Assembly: GCA_022605425.2 (NCBI GenBank) | Contig: CM061250.1 | Location: 186,001-250,000 of the forward strand | Direction: 5' to 3' | DNA from: Hamiltosporidium tvaerminnensis FI-OER-3-3 | Lineage: Eukaryota > Fungi > Microsporidia | DNA: 64,000 nt | Shown here: piece by piece, positions 1-10,016 of the stretch | Numbering within the stretch: the stretch's first letter is position 1 | How the letters are laid out: each line of letters opens with the position of its first letter | Made by a program: the position numbers and the translations under genes | Notes under the pieces: model-generated | Seen by the model: only the letters and a program-made list of their open reading frames with translations | Told to the model about the DNA's origin: nothing | Database searches by the model: none

Positions 1-271
1 AATATTTTTAGGGTGTTATATATATATATTGTTATAGGTGTTATATATAATGAATAAGGATTATAAGGAATATAAGAGGTATAAGAGTTATAATGAATAT
101 AAGGGTTATAATGAATATAAGGGTTATAAGAGGTATAGGGTTAGTATAGTATTAGATATAGGGTTATATATAAGGGTGTTAATTGATGTAGAATTATAAG
201 AAAAGAAATAGGAAGTAGTAAAATATAAAAAAGTAAAAAGAAAGATAATAAGAAATAGAAAAATATTAAAA

Positions 272-437
272 GTAAAATACTAAAAGCAAAATACTAAAAG
301 CAAAATACTAAAAGTAATAGAAAGTAGTAGAAAGTAATAGAAAGTAGTAAAATATTAAAAGCAAAATACTAAAAGTAATAGAAAGTAGTAAAAAGTAATA
401 GAAAGTAGTAAAATATAATAGAAAGTAGTAAAATATT
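272..437. repeat. Degenerate short tandem repeats (aaaatactaaaag[c/t] and aatagaaagtagta)
   Basis: Repeated 13-15 bp units visible downstream of the CAF-1 gene. Confidence 0.7.
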
Positions 438-457
438 AAATAAATTTAATTTTCTTT

Positions 458-2608
458 TTAAGATTTTAAATCTAAAGAATCATTTTGAAATTTTTCTGGG
501 AAAAGATCTTTTATTTTTTTAATGACAATTTGATATTTAATATAATTTTTTTCGGAAAATATTTTTGCAAATTTAAATACATCTATTTGTTTTAAGGGGG
601 AGTCTTTAGTAGATGTTTCATTTGGAGATGGGTCATTTGTAGATGGTTTTTTTAGAGATGGGTGATTCTGAGATGGTTTTTTTAGAGGGGGATCATTTGT
701 AGATGGGTGATTTAGAGATGGGTCATTTGTAGATGGTTTTTTTAGAGATGGGTGATTCTGAGATGGTTCTTTTGTAGATGGGTCACTCAAACTTGATTTA
801 CTCGAACTTGGTTTACTCAAACCTGATTTACTCAAACCTGATTTACTTGAATCTGATTTACTCAAATCTTCTTCCTTAAAATCTTCTTCCTTAAAATCTG
901 ATTCCTTTATAAGGGATTCTTTTAAGAGTGGAATTAATTCTTCTGGGAATTTGGAAAATTCAAAAAGTGGAATTTTAAGAAAATTTTGGTCAAATTCTGT
1001 AAATTTTAAAAAGATAGAATTAGGAAATACCAAATACGGTTTTTTACCTATAAATCCTTCTTCTTCACTTTCACTATTACTATCTATCCAGTCATTATTA
1101 CTATAAGAGTCTTCTTCTTCCTCTTCGTCTGTAGATCCTATATCATCTGCATCTTCTGTATCTTCCCATTCTATTTCAGAATCAAATTCATAATCTATTG
1201 AATCTGAAAGTTTTTGTAGTGAATTTTTACAGTTTATTTTGTCTTTAAAACCGTAAAATGGTGGTCGTATGGAATCGTGGAATTTAATAAATGTAAGTTT
1301 TTTTGGATTTTCTATATCTTTTGGTTTTCTTAATGTAAATTGTCCTTGGAATCGTGGATCATTTCTTTTATAAACAGTTACGTTTTCATCAAAAATTAGG
1401 GGAATAAAACGACCTTTAAATTCTGTATTTGTAGATTCTTTTTTGTTTTCTTTTTTTGCAAATAATAATAATGTTTGATTGTTTTTAATTTGTGAAGATT
1501 TTGAATTGCTTGTGGATTTTCTTTTTTGATCGTTGTTTATGGTTTTTTCCTTTTCTTTATTATTATTTGAAGATTTGTTCAATAATTCATTCTTCTGATA
1601 TTCAAGTAGGCTTTTTTCCTTTTCTTTATTATTATTTGAAGATTTGTTCAATAATTCATTCTCTTGTTCGTCAAGTAGGCTTTTTTCTATTTCTTTATTA
1701 TTTAAGGATTTGTTCAATAATTCATTCTCTTGTTCGTCAAATAAGTTTTTTTCCTTTTCTTTATTATTTAAGGATTTGTTTAATAATTTATTCTCTTGTT
1801 CGTCAAGTAGGCTTTTTTCCTTTTCTTTATTATCTTTCATTGAATTATCTAACGTTTTTCTTTTTTGATCTTCAAGTATGATTTTCTCTAATATTTTATT
1901 ATCATTAATTAAACTATCTAATAATTTCTTCTTCTGATCTTCAAGTAAGCTTTTTTCTATTTCTTTATTACTATTTAATAAATTATCTAATGATTTGCTT
2001 TTTTGATCTTCGAGTATGGTTTTCTCTAATATTTTATTATCTAAATTATTTTCACAAATAATATTTTTCTCGTCTGTTTTTAATAAAGATTCTTCTATTT
2101 CTGTATTATTTTTAGAGTCTGTATTACCAGAACTATCAATCTCAATCATTTGTAAATTTTTTGATTCTGAATTTTCTAATTTCTTATATTTTTCATATTT
2201 AAATTTATATTCTTCTAAAATATTTTTACGTTTTTTTTGTACATCAAATAAAAATATTTCTTCCAAAATAATAATATCTTTACACTCAAGAAACCATAAA
2301 CCTCCATTATTTCTTTTATTAAGATTTTTATGATATAAAGTAGGTCTACTCTTAACATATATATTACTATCTTCAAATCTATAAAACCTCCATTCCATAC
2401 TTTCATCCATCACATTTTTTATAATTTCTATTCTTTGATTTTTATCTAATAATGTATTTACATGATCAAAGAATAATGTGTCAATATCATCATAAGTGTA
2501 TGAAAGTCTTAAATACAAACAGTATGGTAATATTTCTTTTAGATTTTCTAATTCGTTATTTTTTTTAAAAGCTAACAATTTTTTGAGTGAGAATGGATGG
2601 TTTTGCAT
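458..2608 (-). CDS. CAC1: Chromatin assembly factor 1 large subunit (Cac1/Rlf2/CHAF1A) with low-complexity repeat expansions
   Basis: 716-aa ORF. CAF1A-domain motif FHDSIRPPFYG...IDYEFDSEIEWED followed by an acidic ED tract. K/E-rich coiled-coil repeats in the KER position. CCC motif upstream (tcccatttttaaATG). Confidence 0.8.
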   Translation of the reverse strand: MQNHPFSLKKLLAFKKNNELENLKEILPYCLYLRLSYTYDDIDTLFFDHVNTLLDKNQRIEIIKNVMDESMEWRFYRFEDSNIYVKSRPTLYHKNLNKRNNGGLWFLECKDIIILEEIFLFDVQKKRKNILEEYKFKYEKYKKLENSESKNLQMIEIDSSGNTDSKNNTEIEESLLKTDEKNIICENNLDNKILEKTILEDQKSKSLDNLLNSNKEIEKSLLEDQKKKLLDSLINDNKILEKIILEDQKRKTLDNSMKDNKEKEKSLLDEQENKLLNKSLNNKEKEKNLFDEQENELLNKSLNNKEIEKSLLDEQENELLNKSSNNNKEKEKSLLEYQKNELLNKSSNNNKEKEKTINNDQKRKSTSNSKSSQIKNNQTLLLFAKKENKKESTNTEFKGRFIPLIFDENVTVYKRNDPRFQGQFTLRKPKDIENPKKLTFIKFHDSIRPPFYGFKDKINCKNSLQKLSDSIDYEFDSEIEWEDTEDADDIGSTDEEEEEDSYSNNDWIDSNSESEEEGFIGKKPYLVFPNSIFLKFTEFDQNFLKIPLFEFSKFPEELIPLLKESLIKESDFKEEDFKEEDLSKSDSSKSGLSKSGLSKPSSSKSSLSDPSTKEPSQNHPSLKKPSTNDPSLNHPSTNDPPLKKPSQNHPSLKKPSTNDPSPNETSTKDSPLKQIDVFKFAKIFSEKNYIKYQIVIKKIKDLFPEKFQNDSLDLKS

Positions 2609-3398
2609 TTAAAAATGGGAATGAAAAAATTTTTTTTTTATAAATGAGAATTCTTTTAATAAAATTGTAGGTTTACTTTTTTTATTTTAGTTGGAAATAT
2701 ATTGTGAGAATAAAGATTCATCCTTATAATAAATTTGTATTTTTACTTTATTTTATAATAGAAATCTGATTAGATAGGAAATATATTGTGAGAATAATTT
2801 TTTTGCAATTTTTAATCGTATATAAAAAAACAGGTTGATTTGGAATAAACTAAATCTAAATTAAATAAAATTCTAAGTTTAATTATTTAATGAATTTTCT
2901 TTCTCTTAAACTAGTAATACAAGTAAGAAAATATAATTAAAAATAACCGAGTATTAAATTAATTTAAACTTATTTCTTATCTAAATATGAGTGGAGTCTT
3001 TATTTAAAAATATAATATCATCAATAATTATTTTCTTATAAATTCACTTTTTATTTTCTGTTATAAGTTAAAATATATGGTTTATAATTTATAGATCTTT
3101 AATAAATGTTTTATTAGAGTGAATATTAATTGTATTATTGTAGGTATTTAAGGTATATTAAGAGGTAAAATATTTTGTAATTAAAATGAAAAATAAATTG
3201 TATTATCATAAAATAAACTAATAAATAATTGTTTTATTGAAGAAGGTTCCATTGAGTTACTTCAATGAATGTATGAAGGATATAATGTGTAGCCTAGGTA
3301 TTGCCTTTAGTATGCATACGGGATGAAATGAAACGGAATGATACGCAAATATGATAATAAAAAATATTGTTGGTTATGAAAAATTTATACAGAGGAAC

Positions 3399-3628
3399 AT
3401 TATTATTATTTATTAACTTGTTCCCTTCCCTACCGATGTAACACAATCTAACGATAAATCATAGCTTTGCCAATTTATAGGCGTTCCAAAGACAATTTTC
3501 TTTTGATAGGTTAGGTTGTTCGCCTCACGCAAACTTTCCGAACGAAAGATATAGAGTGCACTAACCGGAGATCGAACCCGGCCTTTGGGATTTAAATTCT
3601 AATATCCTCATCACTAGATCATTAGCGA
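3399..3628 (-). mobile_element. tRNA-derived SINE-like element, copy A
   Basis: Degenerate tRNA cloverleaf at 3557-3628 with an intact B box (GGTTCGATCTCC), a ~140-bp body and an (AAT)n tail. Head and body align with 40994-41209. Confidence 0.7.
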
Positions 3629-4242
3629 CATTTTCAGACATTATAGAGTAAAAAAATACAACAACTGAAGATTGAATTATTTTTCGATTTATTTTTACTG
3701 AAAACAAAATCATAATGAAAAAACTTTGACTTGAATAATGCGTTGAAGAGTGTGATTTGAATATTTTTACATAAATTCGATTTTAATAGAATACATTTGT
3801 GTTGATGGCTAAGGTTAAGTTAAAAATATAGAATAAATATTGAAATGTCTATAATTACATAGTAAAGTGTATTTATCTTTAGTTTTTTATAAAATGATGT
3901 CTGAAAATTTTTTTATTGTCGAGATATCGTTATAAAATTAAAAGATTCTTATGAAGGAAATTGAAAAATGTGAACTCTTAAGAAATTCTATGTCTGATTT
4001 CAAATCAATGTAAAAAAAAACCTCAATTTATCTAAATATCTGTTGGGTTTGACGTGGAGTCTGATATTAAAGAGTGGTGTATAAATCATTAGAGATATGG
4101 AAGAATTTTTAAATTTCAAAAAGTATTGGGATTATAGGTGTTTATAAAATAAAACTGGGTGTATTATAAATAAGGGGGATGCATTATAAATTGCGACATT
4201 AAATAAATATTCAATTATTTAATATTTTTTAGACCCCTTCTA

Positions 4243-4800
4243 AGATTCACTTCAAATAGTTGAAACAGGGAAACTTAAGAAGTATGACCTATTAGCAAAT
4301 GAGTTAGGTCTTATTTATAAATGCAGTGTAGAGATAATTCCTTATGTGATGACCTGGGACGGTATTGTGACAAAATACCATAAGACGTATGTTAAGAGAC
4401 TGCAAATACCCATGAATGTAGAGGCATATATACAATCCATAGTACTCAAGAAGACAGTCGAAACAATTTCTTTTGATCGACGAAGAGGACTTGAGTCTGG
4501 TCCAAATGCCAAAGAGAGCTGGGTGAGAGCATCATTAAGTTCTATTTTATGAGCAGAGATGAATGAGGAACCACATTTCGTTCAAAACAAGGAAGTAGAC
4601 AACGAGGAAGATGATTTTAAAGCGGAAAATACAAAAAATATTTTACCCCTTATTTCGGATGGCATAAATAACCACAGCAAAGCAACCAACAACTAATACA
4701 AATGAAGAGTTGGAGAAAGAGATAGAAGTTGTTGAACTGGTTGAAAGAATTATTTTAGAAAAGAGAAAAATTTGTTAACCCAGAATTTTATTAAATAAAA
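4243..4800 (+). mobile_element. 5'-truncated RLE-type (R4-like) non-LTR retrotransposon, 3' end
   Basis: Open frame SLQIVETGKLKKYDLLANELGLIYKCSVEIIPYVMTWDGIVTKYH matches the C-terminal half of a restriction-like endonuclease (E..K..KY..LA.EL...IIP). Homologous to 44900-46200 and 48240-49010. Confidence 0.75.
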
Positions 4801-4900
4801 TTTCTAGTCATAGATAAATTTACCATTACAATACTTCTAAAATATTTCCTTACAACCCTTATATCACCTATTAAAGTAAAATAGAAAAACAACTATAAAA

Positions 4901-4972
4901 GGGCAACACCGGGGATCGAACCCGGGACCTTCTGCACCCTAAGCAGATGCCATACCACTAGACCATGTCACC
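4901..4972 (-). tRNA. tRNA-Pro(AGG)
   Basis: GGTGACATGGTCTAGTGGTATGGCATCTGCTTAGGGTGCAGAAGGTCCCGGGTTCGATCCCCGGTGTTGCCC forms a full cloverleaf. Anticodon stem TCTGC/GCAGA, loop TTAGGGT, followed by a TTTT Pol III terminator. Confidence 0.95.
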
Positions 4973-5139
4973 TCACTAATTATTCTAAATAAAAAATTAA
5001 ATAAATATAGAATATAGAATGTGAAATAAAAAAAAAGTGAATAATTTTTATTCAGAAAGAGATAAATCAAATACGAAGAAAAGAGAAGAATATAAGAAAG
5101 TTTTTTAATTATTTCTTTACTTAATTAAACCCTAATCCC

Positions 5140-5308
5140 CCCATAAGAAATATATTTCTATCTTATAAATCATTACTAATTCCTAATCTCACGATGAGAC
5201 ATATATTTCTATCTTATAAATCCTTACTAATTCCTATTTCCTATTCTCACCATAAGAAATATAATTTTATCTTTTAAATAATTCCTAATTCCTATTCTCA
5301 CTATAAGG
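5140..5308. repeat. ~55-bp degenerate tandem repeat overlapping the Ctf4 stop codon
   Basis: The unit ttcctattctcac(c/t)ataag...atatatttctatcttataaat occurs about 3 times. Confidence 0.65.
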
Positions 5309-8300
5309 ATTGTATTTTTTACTTTTTATTTTCTTTAAATTTTCAGTTTCAAATTCAAATAAATTTTGTGATTTACTTACACTATCACCCAAAGAAGTAT
5401 AATTATTAGAAATATTATTAGAAGTATAAATACTAAGATCATTAGAAATACTATTAGCATTAGAACTATAAATACTATTAGAACTATAAATATTATTAGA
5501 ATTATTATTATTATTAGAAATACTATTAGCATTAGAAGTATGAATACTAGGATCATTAGAAATATTATTAGAACTATGAATACTATTATTATTTGAAGTC
5601 TTATAAATACTATTATAACCTATAGGGTTACTTACACTACTATCATTAACACTCTTATATTCTCTAAAATGCTTTACCTCTTCACTACTCTCTTCTCTCT
5701 CTTCTTTATATCCTCTTCTATACAATATATCCTTACAATACTTTATATTCTCTTTATTACTCATCAAACCTAGTAATTCAACCAAATCATAATTTAAATT
5801 TTTAACATTTCCTCCATCACTTCTTATATCCTTTATATTACCTCTACTTATACCTTTTATATCTTTTATATCACACCCCACACCCACATCACACCCTACA
5901 CCCACACCCACACCTTCTATTATATTTTTAAATTCCTTTAAAATATTCTCTTCATTACCAGCAAGTCTTTCATCAACAATTCTTATATATTCTACTTCCA
6001 ACGGATAAACACACATACCTTTCCCATACACAATACAACACCCCCCTCTAACACAAAGAACAACCCCTTCTATTCTCTGTAACAACACACACAACTTATC
6101 AACAACTTTATACAAAAATCCATTTCCCCATACAAAAATATACCCTTCTTCACTAAAATAACACCTCTCTATATTATAAAGTAAATTTATATTTTTACTT
6201 TTTAATGTTCTTATATCTAACACCTTTAATATATTAGTATTGTAAATAACACCTAATTTATATTCATATGAATTAACACCCTTTATATTTACTAATCCTA
6301 TTTCTATTATTTTTTTACCTTTTAACATATAAATAGATATTATATAATTAACACCCTCTAATTTACTTACAATACTAATAAAACGATTACTTACTGTTAT
6401 TTCAGTAATAACACCCACAGTAGAAACAGACCAGTCATTACAAGAGATATTGTTAGTATAGGTGTTGTTATAGGTGTTGTTATAGGTGTTGTTATTAGTA
6501 TTAGTATATGTGTTAGGGTTAGTATTAGTATTAGTATATGTGTTAGTATATGTGTTAGGGTTAGTATTAGTATTAGTACTAGTATAGGTGTTAGTATAGG
6601 GGTTACTTATAATATCATCCCTATTATAATCTCTATTATCACCCACCCCTCCATACCCCCTACTATCCCCCCTATTACTATCTCCATTCATAAATACCTT
6701 TAAAATATTTTCATTACTAATAACAATTCTATTTTCTGTAAAATCTATTTTATTTATTTTTTCTTTAAATTTCCTTGAAGGTCTTTTACTGTTATGATAG
6801 ATAACCTCAGTAATGACATTACAAGTAGATTTGTTAGTAGATTTGTTATTACTATTGTTATATACTGATTTGTCATATACTGATTTGTTATATACTTCAT
6901 TCTCTTCTATCTCCTTACCTCCATCTACCCCCCCATCCACCCCACAATCCCCACAATCTATATATTTATCTTCTTTTATTTGTATTACATAACCTACTTC
7001 ATTATAAAATATTAAAGAAATACCATTCTTAGTAATAGGAAGTCTTAATTTATCATAAGTATTAGATAATATATAAGAAGGGTGTTCTATATCTCTCTGC
7101 TCTCTCCCATCTATATCCTCTCCCCCCTCTATCTCATCACTACTGTATTCTACCACACTTCTTATATCACTACTACACTCATTCTCAAATAAGTTTAAAT
7201 GGTCTCCTTTATATTTCTCTGAAATATCAGTAATTCTACTTTTATTTTTAATTGTAAATTTATTATTTTCATCAGTAGAGTCACAAGAATTATAAGAAGA
7301 GTCTTCACACTCATCCTGTATGAATTTGTTGTTATTAGTATGTTTGATATTAGTATTAGTATGTTTGTTGTTAGTATTAGTATGTTTGATATTAGTATGT
7401 TTGATATTAGTATTAGTATGTTTGATATTAGTATTAGTATGTTTGTTATTAGTATGTTTGTTATTACTCTTAGTACTAATATTACTCTTACTACTAATAT
7501 CACCCTTACTCTTATTACTAATATCACCCTTACTACTACTACTACTAATATCACCCTTACTACTAATATCACACTCACTATCTTCCTCCCCACTCTCCCC
7601 ATACTCATCCTCCCCATACCTCTTCTTCTTACTCTTCTCTTCCTTTTGTTCTACAAACACTTTTTTTATTTCCATTTTACTTTCTTTAAACTTAATATTT
7701 GTCATTTCACCTTCTAAATTATTTATTTTATAAAAATATATTTTATCTTTAAAAATTAATAATCTGTTTCTATCTTCATCGAATATAAAGTTAATAAGGT
7801 TATAAGAGGTATAGTTATCTATAGTATCTATAGAGTTATAGGTATTATTATCTATAGTATCTATAGTATCTATAGTATTAGTATCTATATTATTATTATC
7901 TCTATCTATATTATCACATATAATAGTATTATCACATATAGTATTATTACTATTATCAAATTTAATATTATCACACCCATCTAAACTATTCAATATATTA
8001 CTATCTAATTCTTTGGTGGTGTCTATTTCTTTAATTAATATTTTATTATTAAAATCATACACCTTAATACTATTTCCAACTTGTAAAAACATAAGTGTTC
8101 CATTTTTATTAAATTTAATTTGTTTAATACGTTTTTTATAAGTAAAAATAACAGCAAATGCTTGTTTAGTTTTACAATATAAAAAATTATTTTCAATTAT
8201 AAATAAATATTTGTGAAAAATCATAAAATTTGAGAAAATATCGAAAGATATTTTTGAGGGGAGAAGTGTTAATCTACCTTTTTGTTCTAAGACGTATAGT

Positions 8301-8908
8301 GTTGTTGGGGAGGTGGAGATATGTAGAATTGGAGAGGATTGTTTGTAACTTATTAGGTGTTTAAAGGCATAAGGTGTATTTTGAGTATTATTTTGGGTAT
8401 TAGTGTATAAGCTACTATCTAATCTATCTAAGATATCCAATCCATCTGATCTATCCATTCTATCTAAGTTATGCATTCCATCTAATCTATCCATTCCATC
8501 CATTCCATCTGATCTATCCATTCCATCCATTCCATCGTATCTATCCATTCCATCTAATCTATCCATTCCATCCATTCCATCCATTCTATCCACTGTTGAT
8601 ATAAGAATACCTTTAATTGTGCCTGACTCATCACCTGCATATAAAAGACTGTCTTGTATTGCAATACACCGTACAGAAGAAAAAAACTTACAAATAAAAA
8701 AATCAGTTTGTGTGATAAAATCATGGAGATATATGTCACCAGATAAAGTACCTATATATATGTGTGTAGGTACTGTGTGTACACAGGTGGGTGGTGATTT
8801 GTATGTATGTGTGTATAAGTGTGATATTTGTGTGTCTAGGTTGTATAATTGGAGGTTGTTTTTGTTGTCTATGTGTGCTATTATTGAGGAAGTGTTTGAT
8901 ATTTTCAT
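5285..8908 (-). CDS. CTF4: Ctf4/Mcl1/AND-1 (WDHD1)-like replisome hub with large low-complexity insertions
   Basis: 1207-aa ORF. N-terminal WD40 repeats (YIGTLSGDIYLHD, YAGDESGTIK). SepB-domain start LIFYNEVGYVIQI resembles yeast Ctf4 YLTMNEVGYV. CCC-rich upstream sequence. Confidence 0.65.
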   Translation of the reverse strand: MKISNTSSIIAHIDNKNNLQLYNLDTQISHLYTHTYKSPPTCVHTVPTHIYIGTLSGDIYLHDFITQTDFFICKFFSSVRCIAIQDSLLYAGDESGTIKGILISTVDRMDGMDGMDRLDGMDRYDGMDGMDRSDGMDGMDRLDGMHNLDRMDRSDGLDILDRLDSSLYTNTQNNTQNTPYAFKHLISYKQSSPILHISTSPTTLYVLEQKGRLTLLPSKISFDIFSNFMIFHKYLFIIENNFLYCKTKQAFAVIFTYKKRIKQIKFNKNGTLMFLQVGNSIKVYDFNNKILIKEIDTTKELDSNILNSLDGCDNIKFDNSNNTICDNTIICDNIDRDNNNIDTNTIDTIDTIDNNTYNSIDTIDNYTSYNLINFIFDEDRNRLLIFKDKIYFYKINNLEGEMTNIKFKESKMEIKKVFVEQKEEKSKKKRYGEDEYGESGEEDSECDISSKGDISSSSSKGDISNKSKGDISSKSNISTKSNNKHTNNKHTNTNIKHTNTNIKHTNIKHTNTNNKHTNTNIKHTNNNKFIQDECEDSSYNSCDSTDENNKFTIKNKSRITDISEKYKGDHLNLFENECSSDIRSVVEYSSDEIEGGEDIDGREQRDIEHPSYILSNTYDKLRLPITKNGISLIFYNEVGYVIQIKEDKYIDCGDCGVDGGVDGGKEIEENEVYNKSVYDKSVYNNSNNKSTNKSTCNVITEVIYHNSKRPSRKFKEKINKIDFTENRIVISNENILKVFMNGDSNRGDSRGYGGVGDNRDYNRDDIISNPYTNTYTSTNTNTNPNTYTNTYTNTNTNPNTYTNTNNNTYNNTYNNTYTNNISCNDWSVSTVGVITEITVSNRFISIVSKLEGVNYIISIYMLKGKKIIEIGLVNIKGVNSYEYKLGVIYNTNILKVLDIRTLKSKNINLLYNIERCYFSEEGYIFVWGNGFLYKVVDKLCVLLQRIEGVVLCVRGGCCIVYGKGMCVYPLEVEYIRIVDERLAGNEENILKEFKNIIEGVGVGVGCDVGVGCDIKDIKGISRGNIKDIRSDGGNVKNLNYDLVELLGLMSNKENIKYCKDILYRRGYKEEREESSEEVKHFREYKSVNDSSVSNPIGYNSIYKTSNNNSIHSSNNISNDPSIHTSNANSISNNNNNSNNIYSSNSIYSSNANSISNDLSIYTSNNISNNYTSLGDSVSKSQNLFEFETENLKKIKSKKYNPYSENRN

Positions 8909-9249
8909 GATTTTTGTATGGAGAAGGGGAAGGGGTTGTTATATAAGTGTGATGGATAGGGAGTAGAAAATAAAGGGGAGTTAGTAGAGTATAAGGTGTT
9001 AGTAGAAAATAAAGGGGAGTTAGTAGAGTATAAGGTGTTAGTACAGTATAAGGTGTTAATAGATAAGTGTGTAAGATAAAATTATTATTGTAGTGTTAAT
9101 AGATATATTAGGGGTAATAGATATATTAGGGTTAATAGATATGTTAGAGGATTTAGTAGAAGAGATGTTATAATAGGTTACTAGATATATATTAGAAGGG
9201 TTATAATATATTAGAAGGGTTATATATTATAAATGATTAACGGTATGAA

Positions 9250-9595
9250 ATAACACTCTCTTACATTATAGAATATATTATATTATATAATAACACTCTC
9301 TTACATTATAGAATATATTATATTATATAATAACACCCTCTTACATTATAGAATATATTATATCATGTAATAACACCCTCTTAGTATATAGAATATATTA
9401 TATTATATAATAACACCCTCTTAGTATATAGAATATATTATATTATATAATAACACCCTCTTAGTATATAGAATATATTATATTATATAATAACACCCTC
9501 TTACATTATAGAATATATTATATCATGTAATAACACCCTCTTAGTATATAGAATATATTATATTATATAATAACACCCTCTTAGTATATAGAATA
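9250..9595. repeat. 40-bp minisatellite, about 8.5 copies
   Basis: Unit taacaccctctta(cat/gta)tatagaatatattatattatataa in tandem. Confidence 0.95.
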
Positions 9596-9629
9596 GTTAA
9601 TAAAACATCTTAGTAGTAAGAAAATATAA

Positions 9630-9878
9630 ATCCTTTAATAACACCCTTTAGAGAAGTAAATCAAATTACATATAAATAACACCCTTTAGAACTATTAAAT
9701 ATAAATACCTTTAATAACACCCTTTTAAGAACCAAATTAAAATATAAATAACACCCTTTAGAACTATTAAATAGAAATACCTTTAATAACACCCTTTAGA
9801 GAAGTAAATATAACTACATATAAATAACACCCTTTAGAACTATTAAATAGAAATACCTTTAATAACACCTTATAGAAC
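9630..9878. repeat. Degenerate minisatellite built on aataacacccttta
   Basis: About 7 recurrences of aataacacc(c)ttta spaced 33-45 bp apart. Confidence 0.8.
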
Positions 9879-10016
9879 CAATCCCTAATAAAATACTTAT
9901 CAATAAGAAAAATCCTTATCAATAAATATAAATCCTTATAACTCAACCAATAACACATCAAAATAATACCAACATCAAACAAATACCAACAACAAAATAA
10001 CCCAAACAATACCTAT

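Noticed and set aside
3557-3628. Functional tRNA gene
   Set aside because: Mismatched first acceptor pair, broken anticodon stem and loop, and it is attached to a body shared with a second copy.
1492-8966. Antisense and alternative-frame ORFs overlapping CAC1 and CTF4 (likewise in SUB2, SEC9, MAD1, TOP3, RPL35A)
   Set aside because: Shadow frames of low-complexity or real coding sequence, with no start context.
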